From assembly GCA_011364975.1 (NCBI GenBank), contig RDOE01000003.1:14565-78564 (forward strand): a stretch of 64,000 nucleotides of DNA, read 5' to 3'. Below, piece after piece: positions 41,669-51,029 of the stretch (the first letter of the stretch is position 1; each line of letters begins with the position of its first letter). Made by a program: the position numbers and the translations under genes. Origin of the DNA: Promethearchaeota archaeon (GTDB lineage Archaea > Asgardarchaeota > Lokiarchaeia > Sigyniarchaeales > SOKP01). The notes beneath the pieces are model-generated. The model saw only the letters and a program-made list of their open reading frames with translations. It had not been told where the DNA came from and searched no databases.

Positions 41669-42487
41669 ATGGAATTAGAAGAAAGTGAAAGAGAAGAGCA
41701 GTTAATTAGTTTAGACGCTTTATTAGAAATTCTTGGAAATCCTACAAGACGGATGATTTTATCAAAATTGGCTAAAGTCCCTCATTCTGCGCCCGAGTTG
41801 GCAACTTCTTTAGGTATAACACGGCAAGCAGTACATAGTCAGTTGAATACGCTAATTGATAATAATATTATAGAAGATATTGATCCCGAGGAAAAGAGAG
41901 GAGGAAAATATAGAATTAAAAGCAATTTATCAGTACGGATTGATATTTCTCCTGATTATTATGATATTAGATATCATACCAGAGAATCTGGATCTGGAGC
42001 TGATATTAAAGAATTAAAAGATCTTACATGCTCCATAGATTATTCTAAAATTAAAACAGCAGAAGAAAAACTCATCTTTATTGGAGATCAGATAAGAAAT
42101 ATAGAAAAAGACATTCTTAATCTCGAAAGCAATAGAAGGGAACTTGTAAATCAAAAAGAATGCCTTATATTAGAGCTTAAAGATATAATGAATAACCAGT
42201 ATAAGCAAAAACTCGTGAACTTGTTAAAGGAAAGTGGTTTGAGCGAGAAAAATTTGCGAACTAGCTTAAATCTAAGCGAAGAGATCTTTTTTACAATGTT
42301 TTTTCATCCTGAACGATATTTTGATCGAATCAACATCAATGAATTATTAGATGATTTATTCTTCTCAAATATGGACAGATATGAAAGGCCTCAGAAATTT
42401 GGTTCTGTAAAACAACTCTTAGAAGATTTGTCTCGTTTAATGGGATTCCTAAGAGAGGATGATGATGATTGGTTTTTTAATTTCTAA
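41669..42487 (+). CDS. ArsR-type wHTH regulator with coiled coil (Phr/HSR1-like heat-shock regulator)
   Basis: LLEILGNPTRRMIL..LA..P....ELA..LGITRQAV..QL..L followed by a heptad region; in operon with hsp20-cdc48. Confidence 0.8.
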   Translation: MELEESEREEQLISLDALLEILGNPTRRMILSKLAKVPHSAPELATSLGITRQAVHSQLNTLIDNNIIEDIDPEEKRGGKYRIKSNLSVRIDISPDYYDIRYHTRESGSGADIKELKDLTCSIDYSKIKTAEEKLIFIGDQIRNIEKDILNLESNRRELVNQKECLILELKDIMNNQYKQKLVNLLKESGLSEKNLRTSLNLSEEIFFTMFFHPERYFDRININELLDDLFFSNMDRYERPQKFGSVKQLLEDLSRLMGFLREDDDDWFFNF

Positions 42488-42554
42488 TTACTTTATTTCA
42501 TTTTACAATTTTTAACTTAAAAATGGTTTAATATAACACTAAATTGGTGGGATT

Positions 42555-43061
42555 ATGGATTTACAAGAATTGAAAACAGAGTTACCTGAAATATTTAAAC
42601 AAGTCAAAAAAGATGTACGAAAGGTTTTAGGTCGTAATGTGCATCGGGCTGGCTTAAGCTTAGGTCTCGTCGAAATGGGAATGTTTCAGGGGGGTTTTAT
42701 AGGTGGTATGCATTTTGCTCCCGGAACCGATATAGTAATGAATAAAACCCCGTTAAAAATCATCCTATCATCTCAACCTTATGAAGTAGTTTGGGCTTAT
42801 GTTTATCATATACTTTTACATGAATATATTCATTCTTTAGGGATAATTAATGAGCATATATGCAGAGAAAAAACTCTTGAAGTGAGTAAAGAGATATTTA
42901 AAGAAGCTGATCATCCCGCAATTATTCTTGCTGAAAAAGGTATTGGTTTTTTTATACCAAACTTGAAAATAACCTATATTCCTCCTGAAATGCGGCCAGA
43001 TGGTTTGCTGATTGAATATATCTCCAATTTTGATCAAGACAGTATGACTTATTATTCCTAA
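42555..43061 (+). CDS. Zincin-like (HExxH) hypothetical metalloprotein
   Basis: HILLHEYIHSLG. Confidence 0.7.
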   Translation: MDLQELKTELPEIFKQVKKDVRKVLGRNVHRAGLSLGLVEMGMFQGGFIGGMHFAPGTDIVMNKTPLKIILSSQPYEVVWAYVYHILLHEYIHSLGIINEHICREKTLEVSKEIFKEADHPAIILAEKGIGFFIPNLKITYIPPEMRPDGLLIEYISNFDQDSMTYYS

Positions 43062-43155
43062 TCTAAATAGGTTATTTCAATTATCAGTTAATATTAATAA
43101 AGTAGAGTAATTAGTATAATTTGAACATATTAATTATACGTGCTGGAGATATATC

Positions 43156-44220
43156 ATTACTGAAGCTTCAAAAAATCAAGATCATGAGCTCGATGAAATC
43201 GAAAAAACATTAGATCTTGCATTAAACGAATTACTTTTAAAATGGAAATTTAAAAATGTAAATAAAACTTTACACTATGACATTAAAAAATGTATCGGAT
43301 GTTCTTTATGTAAGCTGGTTTGTCCTGTTGATGCAATAGAACTTGGACCTATACCTGAAATAGCTCAAAATATATTAGATGACACTAATCCAAAATTGCT
43401 CATAGACCATGAAAAATGTTGTTATTGCTTATTATGTGTAATAGTATGCCCTACTGATGCTTTTCATGAAAATATTGAACCTGAAGGACATATTTCTTTA
43501 GATGAGTTTCCCTCAATAGGTAAATTCTATAAAATTGATATAGATAATTGTATAGAAGATATAAATAATGAAATCTGTCAATTATGCTTAAATGTTCGTG
43601 AACGTAATCAGATTAAGGAGTATTATAAAATATCAAAAGAATGCCCGACAAATTGTTTTTCTATTGATTCTCCTATAAATGGAGATGTACTCATTAAAAA
43701 AAATATGCTGCATAAATGTGATCCCCAAGGATGTAAAGCTTGTATTAATATATGTCCTGTGGAATCATTTTTTATCCCTGAGAGTGCCGAAGATGTAGTA
43801 AAGTATGGGAAAATAGCTTGTAATGAGGATAAGTGCTTTTACTGTGGCGCATGTGAAAATTCGTGCCCAGATGATTTAATAAAAGTCAATCGAACTGATA
43901 TCCGAATCTTAAATCCTAAAAAGAAAGGTAATTACCCATGGATAGAAGGTTGGCTAAATAGTATAAAGAAAATATTACGTACGGCTTTAATTGAGGGAAA
44001 AGAGCAAATTCAAATTCCAACAGTAGAAGAATATATAGAACAAATTAAGACAAAAGAATTGAGAGATGTACCTCAACTTTCTGAAGAGGATAAGAAGCAA
44101 TTTAATGCTTTAAACGGAAAAATTCAGAATATGCTAAGTTCATCAAAAATTAGATATTGGATCAAGGATAAAAAAGTAGATAAAGTAGTTAAGGAATTAA
44201 GAAAATTTCTTAATCCGTAA
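43156..44220 (+). CDS. FwdF-like polyferredoxin; true start is upstream of the track's 43396
   Basis: The frame is open back to TAA at 43117 and adds KTLHYDIKKCIGCSLCKLVCPVDAIELGP; that segment has no in-frame ATG/GTG/TTG; ATT 43156 follows GGAGAT; several CxxCxxCxxxCP motifs. Confidence 0.85.
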   Translation: MTEASKNQDHELDEIEKTLDLALNELLLKWKFKNVNKTLHYDIKKCIGCSLCKLVCPVDAIELGPIPEIAQNILDDTNPKLLIDHEKCCYCLLCVIVCPTDAFHENIEPEGHISLDEFPSIGKFYKIDIDNCIEDINNEICQLCLNVRERNQIKEYYKISKECPTNCFSIDSPINGDVLIKKNMLHKCDPQGCKACINICPVESFFIPESAEDVVKYGKIACNEDKCFYCGACENSCPDDLIKVNRTDIRILNPKKKGNYPWIEGWLNSIKKILRTALIEGKEQIQIPTVEEYIEQIKTKELRDVPQLSEEDKKQFNALNGKIQNMLSSSKIRYWIKDKKVDKVVKELRKFLNP

Positions 44221-44224
44221 AAAA

Positions 44225-44761
44225 ATGAAAAATAGCTTATCATTTAAAAACAAACCAAGAATTTTAGTGTTCCTACATGGAACCAGTATCATGCATAGAA
44301 ACGCCTTAGGACTTTCAAGAGAGAAAATAATACAACAAATTGTAGAAGGGATTGATGATTCAATCATTGATTTTATTTCATATATTCCAATTGGTAATGT
44401 TGTAGAAAAATTAACTACATGGCAGAAACAAGGTGCTCAGATATCTTATCTGAGTTCACATTTCTCTCTTGAAGATGTTAAAAAAGATGAACTAGTATTA
44501 AAGAGATATAGGTTTCCAAAAGGACTTATATTCTACCGAAAAGAGAAAAATTGGAATTTACCAATTGAAGAAGCTAAACCAGATATACTAATTGAGGATA
44601 ATTGTGAGAGTATTGGTGGTGAGTATCAAATGACTTATCCTAATCTTAACCTTAAATTGAAATCTAAAATACATTCAATTGTTATAAAAGAATTTAGCGG
44701 AATTGATCAGCTTCCCGATGATATCGAAGAATTAAAAAAATTTAAATCTCTCTCTTTTTAG
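44225..44761 (+). CDS. Hypothetical protein, degenerate HAD-like
   Basis: ILVFLHGT, YLSS and ILIEDN resemble HAD motifs but lack the nucleophilic Asp. Confidence 0.55.
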   Translation: MKNSLSFKNKPRILVFLHGTSIMHRNALGLSREKIIQQIVEGIDDSIIDFISYIPIGNVVEKLTTWQKQGAQISYLSSHFSLEDVKKDELVLKRYRFPKGLIFYRKEKNWNLPIEEAKPDILIEDNCESIGGEYQMTYPNLNLKLKSKIHSIVIKEFSGIDQLPDDIEELKKFKSLSF

Positions 44762-44889
44762 ATTACTTAATATTGAAAATCTAGCAAGGGATTGATAAAC
44801 CAACTTACTGAATAATAAATTCTTTAAAAATCATCCTAAAATCTTTTATTTAATAAAATTAATATTAATCTTTATAGAGGTGGATTTTA

Positions 44890-45159
44890 ATTAGTCAAAA
44901 AATTTTTAAAATAGTCGGAACCATTAAAGATGTTAAAGGACATTGTACTGCTAACCATAAAAAAGGTGAGCACTTTGAATTAAGTGGTCATAGTGCTAAT
45001 GGATTATGTGGATTTTTTTATCATGATATTTTTCCATCTATCTTAACACTACAATTTGGTGGAACCTTCCCTTGGTCGTCAAATCCAGACATCGTTGAAG
45101 TAGAATGCCCGGATCGAATGAATACGGTAAAGATGGAATTAAAACGAATAAGAAACTAA
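44890..45159 (+). CDS. TIGR04076-like small Cys-motif protein (89 aa), ATT start, absent from the ORF track
   Basis: (M)SQKIFKIVGTIKDVKGHCTANHKKGEHFELSGHSANGLCGFFYHDIFPSILTLQFGGTFPWSSNPDIVEVECPDRMNTVKMELKRIRN; GAGGTGG 6 nt before ATT; in-frame TAG at 44875. Confidence 0.85.
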   Translation: MSQKIFKIVGTIKDVKGHCTANHKKGEHFELSGHSANGLCGFFYHDIFPSILTLQFGGTFPWSSNPDIVEVECPDRMNTVKMELKRIRN

Positions 45160-45305
45160 AATATTAGAAGTTATGTGAACTTCTCTAATTTTTTCTTACT
45201 TTTTCAATAATTTTATTGAGACTAAAAACCTGTTTGTTTTTATAATTAAAATTGAACCTAAGTACAATTAATCAATAAAAATGAAAAATATTAGTACATT
45301 TTATT

Positions 45306-45578
45306 ATGATTCTAAAATTAAAAATTAAATCAAATCATACTACTAATAAAAAACAAATCTTCGTTTGGATACAGAATAATAAAGAGTTTAAGAATGATAT
45401 TGACCAACTTTTACAATTCTTTAAGGATAATACTAAGATAAAGACAATTTACAAGCTTCATAAATATTACAAAATAACTTCCCGAAATCCAGCTATTATG
45501 CTCTCTCTTCTTAGCACGATTCAAGAAATAATACCAGAAATATATTTTACATCCGATGGAACCATCGATCTTGAGTAA
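45306..45578 (+). CDS. Hypothetical protein
   Basis: 90-aa ORF with ATG start; no motif recognised. Confidence 0.6.
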   Translation: MILKLKIKSNHTTNKKQIFVWIQNNKEFKNDIDQLLQFFKDNTKIKTIYKLHKYYKITSRNPAIMLSLLSTIQEIIPEIYFTSDGTIDLE

Positions 45579-45682
45579 TTTACTAAAGCTTGATTCTTTA
45601 ATTTCTATTTAATCCATCCCTATAATTAGTAAATTTCTCTCTTCTTTACAATTTCATAACTTTAAATTTTAAGTAGAATGAG

Positions 45683-45784
45683 TGGGAGAGGGGGGATTCG
45701 AACCCCCGGCCCCTTGGTCCCAAACCAAGATTCATGCTGTAGAAAGGCACACTACAGTATCATACCAGGCTAGACCACCCTCCC
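45683..45784 (-). tRNA. tRNA-Pro(TGG) with a 28-nt intron (45731-45758) at position 25/26
   Basis: GGGAGGG TG GTCT AGCCTGGTA TGAT [intron] T CTTGG TTTGGGA CCAAG GGGCC GGGGG TTCGAAT CCCCC CTCTCCC A; full 74-nt cloverleaf after removing the BHB-bounded intron; CCA not encoded. Confidence 0.95.
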
Positions 45785-45975
45785 GTTAACATATGGGATG
45801 AGATACTTTAACATTACATCCAAATCATTTCAAGAAAAAACGATTGATTGTAAATTTTTTACTTATTCAATTTATATGATGATATAGATAACAAAAAATA
45901 GTAAAGTAAAAAAATTTTACCTTTGGTAATAAAGGTCATTTGTAACAAAATATTAAACTAAATTCACCTTATAAA

Positions 45976-46554
45976 ATGAAAATATCTATTAATTTACAAC
46001 AGATCGGAGAATTGGATAGGACTATTTTAAGAACTCTTAAAAAAAATCTAAAATGGGCATTAAAAAGCTTTAATATTAATCTTGAAATTCTTGAAGAAGT
46101 TATCCCATTAACAACTGCAGAATATAATCCTTTTAAGAGACAGTATGATGCAAATTTGATCATGCAAAATCTCTTTAAATCTTATAAAGAGAAAGGCCTT
46201 TTTCGAATTCTTGGAATTCTGGATAATGATATTTATGTAAACCGATATAATTTCATATTTGGTTCGGCGAGACATCCAGATAAAATATATTCACCGTATT
46301 CACCAGTTGCTTTAATCTCCATTTTTCGCTTACGAGAGGAATTTTGGGGGTTTCAAGCGGATCAAGCACTATTTGAATTAAGGATTTTAAAAGAAGCTTT
46401 ACATGAACTAGGTCATACGTTCGGATTAATTCATTGTGAAAATGATTGCATTATGATTTTTTCAAATTCTATTGATGATACTGATAATAAACCTCCAAAA
46501 TTTTGTGAAAGCTGTAAGTCAAGTATAGAAATCTTTCTTAAAAACGAAATCTAA
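45976..46554 (+). CDS. Archaemetzincin (M54) zinc metalloprotease
   Basis: R.QY.A, NFIFG, KEALHELGHTFGLIHC...CIM.FSNS...D.K...FC..C. Confidence 0.93.
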   Translation: MKISINLQQIGELDRTILRTLKKNLKWALKSFNINLEILEEVIPLTTAEYNPFKRQYDANLIMQNLFKSYKEKGLFRILGILDNDIYVNRYNFIFGSARHPDKIYSPYSPVALISIFRLREEFWGFQADQALFELRILKEALHELGHTFGLIHCENDCIMIFSNSIDDTDNKPPKFCESCKSSIEIFLKNEI

Positions 46555-47570
46555 CCGTATCTCTCTTTAAATTTATTATATAAATCTGAACTGAGTTTTA
46601 AAATTCGCTTAGACCCTTTTACAATCTTAACTAAATCCTCAGGAATGTTTTTTAATCCAAAATAAGCTCCAGCTAAACCACCTCCAATAGCTCCTACTGT
46701 ATCACTATCTCCACCCGCAGTTGCTAAGCTATATAAACAATCTTTAAATGAGGATAAACTTTTTAAGAAAATAAAGATGGCACATGCCACTGTACTTAAA
46801 GTATAGGGATGTACAAATGCTTTTCCCAAATATTGCTCAATGAAATAGGGAGATCTAACCCCTGCCTGCGAGAACTTTATTAATCCCGCTTCAATTGGAA
46901 TATTTAAATTTTGCTTCACTTTGTCTAAAATTTCAACAAGCTCATTCCATATTGGCTCATTAGAATCCAAGATTGGGGAGGTTATTGTAGTAAAGAAACG
47001 ATCAATAGGAATCGAAGTCTCTGGAGTTAATTCAATCAAATATGCAATTGCTCGTGCAATTACTATAGCTCCAGCTGAGGCTGCTGGATGGGAGTGTGTA
47101 AGTTGGCTTGTCTTTAAAACTGTATCGCATAAATTAGTAATATCTTTGCAGTAAAATAATCCTAAGGGTGAAATTCTCATTGCTGTGCCGTTTCCTCCTG
47201 AGTTTGAAGCAGCATTTTCCCATGGTATCCCATATCGTAACTTTTTAATTGAAGAGATACATCCAAACCCAGGACCAATAGGTGGATCATCCAGCCATGC
47301 TATATATTCTCTGATAAAATTATCTAGGTTAAATCCTGAACCTTGAATAAGGGCTTGAGTAGTATGTATTGTTAATTGGGTATCATCCGTATATGTATTA
47401 AATAAATGTTTGTGTTTATTAAGGTAATCTTCGAAAATTGTGAACTTAGCATATATCTCTTCTCTTATCATACCTTCAAATGGATGGCCTAAGGTATCAC
47501 CAATACTCACACCTAAAAGGGTTCCAGAAAATTTATCTAGATAATCTATAAATCTCACTTCATACTTCAA
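46551..47570 (-). CDS. ADP-ribosylglycohydrolase family protein
   Basis: GDTLG, YTDDT, GNGTAMR, THSH and GGDSDT. Confidence 0.93.
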   Translation of the reverse strand: MKYEVRFIDYLDKFSGTLLGVSIGDTLGHPFEGMIREEIYAKFTIFEDYLNKHKHLFNTYTDDTQLTIHTTQALIQGSGFNLDNFIREYIAWLDDPPIGPGFGCISSIKKLRYGIPWENAASNSGGNGTAMRISPLGLFYCKDITNLCDTVLKTSQLTHSHPAASAGAIVIARAIAYLIELTPETSIPIDRFFTTITSPILDSNEPIWNELVEILDKVKQNLNIPIEAGLIKFSQAGVRSPYFIEQYLGKAFVHPYTLSTVACAIFIFLKSLSSFKDCLYSLATAGGDSDTVGAIGGGLAGAYFGLKNIPEDLVKIVKGSKRILKLSSDLYNKFKERYG

Positions 47571-47720
47571 TCATGTATTATTTAATCTATTAACTAATTA
47601 AGATAAGGATCTGAGTAATCCTTATAAATGAATCTTACTGATTAATATTTTAATTAATTTTTCTTTAAATAATTTTAAAGATTTATACTATTCAAATATT
47701 AAATTTTTATTGATTGAAAT

Positions 47721-48620
47721 ATGAAAAAGTTAGAAAAACTTCAAAATGTAATCACTGCATTGATTACTCCTTTTAATGAGGATTATTCACTAGATGTAGA
47801 TAAATATAGAGAATTTATTCGCTTTCAGATTGAAAATGGTTGTCAACCATTAACCATGGGCACTACTGGAGAGTCAGCTACCCTTTCTCACGAGGAACAT
47901 CATCAAGCAATAGACATTACTGTTGATGAGGCAAAAAAGTCAGGAAAAGATCCATTTGTATTAGCTGGAGCAGGAAGTAATTCTACTAAAGAATCTATTT
48001 CGTTATGTCAGTATGCTGAAAAAGCTGGGGCAGACGGTCTTCTAGTTGTCACACCTTATTATAATAAACCAGCACAACATTCTCTAATTGATCATTATAG
48101 TGCCCTGGCAGATGCAGTATCTTTGCCCATTATCATATACAACGTTCCCGGTCGAACTGGGTGTAACATTGAACCCGAAACAGTCTCTAAATTGGCTAAT
48201 TCCAAAGATAATATTGTTGGTATTAAATGTGCAAGTGGAAATATTGATCAGATCACTAGATATTTTAAATTATGCCCCGAAGATTTTATTGTTCTGAGTG
48301 GTGATGATGTTCTTACTTACCATATAATGGCTCTTGGAGGAAAAGGTGTAATCAGTGTTGCATCAAATATTATGCCTGTTAAATTATTTGAATTTACTTC
48401 TAGTATGCTGGATGGAAATTGGGGAAAAGCCAGGAAAATGCAATTAGAATTGTATGATTTATTCAAGATATTATTTATAGAAACCAATCCTGGTCCCGTT
48501 AAATATGCGGCAGAACTCATGGGACTTATGAATAAGAGAATGCGCTTACCTTTAACACCTCCCTTAGAACAAAGTCAAAATAAAATTAAGGATGTACTTA
48601 TAAATTTAAAATTAATCTAA
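47721..48620 (+). CDS. dapA: 4-hydroxy-tetrahydrodipicolinate synthase
   Basis: TALITPF, GTTGES, PYYNKP, YNVPGRT, GIK and ETNP.PVK. Confidence 0.96.
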   Translation: MKKLEKLQNVITALITPFNEDYSLDVDKYREFIRFQIENGCQPLTMGTTGESATLSHEEHHQAIDITVDEAKKSGKDPFVLAGAGSNSTKESISLCQYAEKAGADGLLVVTPYYNKPAQHSLIDHYSALADAVSLPIIIYNVPGRTGCNIEPETVSKLANSKDNIVGIKCASGNIDQITRYFKLCPEDFIVLSGDDVLTYHIMALGGKGVISVASNIMPVKLFEFTSSMLDGNWGKARKMQLELYDLFKILFIETNPGPVKYAAELMGLMNKRMRLPLTPPLEQSQNKIKDVLINLKLI

Positions 48621-48644
48621 TAATGTAATTTTTGAGGGAAAAAA

Positions 48645-49466
48645 TTGATTAAATTATTAATTTTTGGTCCAACGGGTTCTATGGGAAGATTGATTACGGA
48701 ATTAGCCTTAAAAGATAACGAAATTCAGATAGTTGCTGTATGTGATATTAATAATGTGGGAACTACTTTACAATCACTAATTGCTGTTGAAGATAAGAAT
48801 AAATTAATAATCGAAGATGTTAATAACCTTCAACAAATAATTGAAAAGACAAAACCTGAAGTTGCAGTTGATTTCACTATTGCGAAAGCAACTGAAAAGA
48901 ATTGCATGATATGCGTAGAGAACGGAGTAAGATGCATAATAGGTACAACTGCACTCACGGATGAATTTTTAAAAAAATTTAGTGATTTAGTTAAAAAAAA
49001 TAATGCTCCTGCTGTTATATCTCCCAATATGGCCACGGGTGTAAATTTAATATTTAAAGTGGCAGGGATCTTAGCACAATATTTAAGTGATTGGGATATT
49101 GAAATAATTGAAGCTCATCATAAACGAAAACTAGATTCTCCTAGTGGTACTGCTTTGAAGATTGGTAAAATCATTGCTGAATCTCTCGGTAAAAGTTTAG
49201 AGACCGTTGCCAAATTTGGAAGGAATAAGGGACTCAATAAAAGAGAAGTAGGCGCTAAGAATGAGATTGGATTTCATGCAATTCGGGGGGGAGATATTGT
49301 GGGGGATCACACAATTTTATATGCTGGGCCAGGAGAAAGGATAGAATTAAAACATCAAGCTCATAGTCGGATGTGTTTCGCAGAAGGAGCAATTAAAGCT
49401 ATAAAGTTTATTGTAAATGCTAAAGAAAACAAAATTTATAATACTAATGAAATCTTAGGTCTATAA
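48645..49466 (+). CDS. dapB: 4-hydroxy-tetrahydrodipicolinate reductase
   Basis: G.MG, DFT, GTT, EAHH..K.DSPSGTA, R.GDIVGDH and ERIEL.H.A.SR. Confidence 0.96.
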   Translation: MIKLLIFGPTGSMGRLITELALKDNEIQIVAVCDINNVGTTLQSLIAVEDKNKLIIEDVNNLQQIIEKTKPEVAVDFTIAKATEKNCMICVENGVRCIIGTTALTDEFLKKFSDLVKKNNAPAVISPNMATGVNLIFKVAGILAQYLSDWDIEIIEAHHKRKLDSPSGTALKIGKIIAESLGKSLETVAKFGRNKGLNKREVGAKNEIGFHAIRGGDIVGDHTILYAGPGERIELKHQAHSRMCFAEGAIKAIKFIVNAKENKIYNTNEILGL

Positions 49467-49505
49467 ATTTCCATTCCTTTTTTAACTATCCTCATTTTTA
49501 AAATA

Positions 49506-49644
49506 GAGATAAAATTATAAAGATTTCAGAGCAGATCAGTATTATCATTAATCCAGTGATACCAGATTTCATTACGCCAACTCTTCATTTAACTACGTAA
49601 AGGGTATCCAAGCCTCACATAGTTCACTTTTATAATTTTATCTC
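49506..49644. repeat. 16-bp perfect inverted repeat enclosing the candidate sRNA
   Basis: GAGATAAAATTATAAA (49506-49521) and TTTATAATTTTATCTC (49629-49644). Confidence 0.85.
49523..49626 (-). ncRNA. Candidate box C/D sRNA with an extra 5' hairpin
   Basis: Minus strand: hairpin AACUAUGUGAGG/CUUUACGUAGUU, C box AUGAAGA (49588-49582), D' AUGA (49572-49569), 8-bp stem AAUCUGGU/ACUGGAUU, C' AUGAUAA (49548-49542), D CUGA (49529-49526); G-U pairs favour the minus strand. Confidence 0.6.
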
Positions 49645-49698
49645 ATATAATTAAAAGCGATACTTTGTTATAACCTTTTTCCACAGAAAAAAATAAGG

Positions 49699-51015
49699 TT
49701 ATCCTAAATGCTTTGGAATAGATTGACCTTCTAATAAATTTTCCAAAGTTTCTGCTTTTCGAATTTTAAACACGGATTTGTTATTAATTAATAATTCACC
49801 AGGGCGAGGTCTTGAATTATAGGAACTTGCCATAGCAAAACCATACGCACCTGCATCAAGAATTGCCAATATATCCCCTTCTTCTAATTTTGGGAGCATT
49901 CTTTTTCTTCCTAAGATGTCTCCTGATTCACAAATTGGTCCTGCTATATCATATTCTATAATATCTTCCCTTCCCTGCTTATTACAAAGTTCGATATGAT
50001 GATAGGAACCATACATTGTTGGACGGATTAACGTATTAAAGCCTGCATCTATACCAGCAAATAATTTAAACCCGTTATTTTTTATAGTATTAATTTGAGT
50101 TAAAATAATAGTAGATTCTGCACATAAAAATCTCCCCGGCTCAATTTTGAATGTTGGAGTACCAATAACGCCTGTCTCAACGATTTCTTTAAAAGGTCTA
50201 ATTACCATATCTCTATAAATATCTATATCTAAAGGCTCTTCTTCAGGTTTATACGGAATTCCTAATCCACCTCCGAAATCAACAAATTCAAACTTAATAT
50301 CTAAGGAAGATGCTAGAGTTTTAACTATGGAAAGGTAATTTTCTGCTGCTTTTTCAAAATCCTTCGGATTGATAATACCAGAGCCTATATGTTGATGAAT
50401 TCCAAACTTTTTAAATCCTGCATTTTGAGCTAACTTATATGCATCTAATACTTGATCTTCTAAAATTCCAAACTTTATTTCCTTTCCCGCAGTAATGGTA
50501 TGTGCATGATGCCCCGCTCCAAATTCGGGATTAATTCGAAATGATATAATATTTTTTTGTTTACCTAATTTATTATGAACTTTGATTAATCTATCTAATT
50601 GGCTTACACTATCTAAATTGATTATGATATTATTATTTACTGCAAATTCAAAATCTTTATTAGTAAACATATTTCCTGTATAAAGAATACTTTTGGGGTC
50701 TACCCCTACTTTTAAACAAGCAAAGATTTCGCCTTGAGAAGTACAATCATAACCACTTCCTTCAGATTTTAAAATCTTCAGAATTGCTAAGTTTGAATTA
50801 GCTTTTACTGCATAATGAATTTGATTATTTTTATATTCTGTATCTAATAAGTTTTTTAATTCTCTATAACGCTTTCTTATTATATGCTCATCAGTAATAT
50901 AGATTGGCGTTCCATATTGTTCTGCTAATTCTAAAGTATTCATATCAGCAAAATATAAAACACCATCTCTATAATCCAAACCTTTATTCCTTAACCATTC
51001 TTTATATTCCGTCAA
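49699..51015 (-). CDS. lysA: Diaminopimelate decarboxylase
   Basis: YGTP.Y, YAVKAN, KFG, HIGS, DFGGG, EPGR, GPICESGD, GAYG and YNSRPRP. Confidence 0.97.
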   Translation of the reverse strand: MTEYKEWLRNKGLDYRDGVLYFADMNTLELAEQYGTPIYITDEHIIRKRYRELKNLLDTEYKNNQIHYAVKANSNLAILKILKSEGSGYDCTSQGEIFACLKVGVDPKSILYTGNMFTNKDFEFAVNNNIIINLDSVSQLDRLIKVHNKLGKQKNIISFRINPEFGAGHHAHTITAGKEIKFGILEDQVLDAYKLAQNAGFKKFGIHQHIGSGIINPKDFEKAAENYLSIVKTLASSLDIKFEFVDFGGGLGIPYKPEEEPLDIDIYRDMVIRPFKEIVETGVIGTPTFKIEPGRFLCAESTIILTQINTIKNNGFKLFAGIDAGFNTLIRPTMYGSYHHIELCNKQGREDIIEYDIAGPICESGDILGRKRMLPKLEEGDILAILDAGAYGFAMASSYNSRPRPGELLINNKSVFKIRKAETLENLLEGQSIPKHLG

Positions 51016-51029
51016 CTCTCACCTTGAAT

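Noticed and set aside
49552-49588. SECIS-like AUGA-N11-AA-N18-GA spacing on the minus strand
   Set aside because: The helix that should follow the quartet does not pair and lysA has no in-frame TGA; the C/D model fits better.
49467-49698. Lysine riboswitch in the dap/lys cluster
   Set aside because: The element lies between two 3' ends rather than in a leader, and is too short for an L-box.
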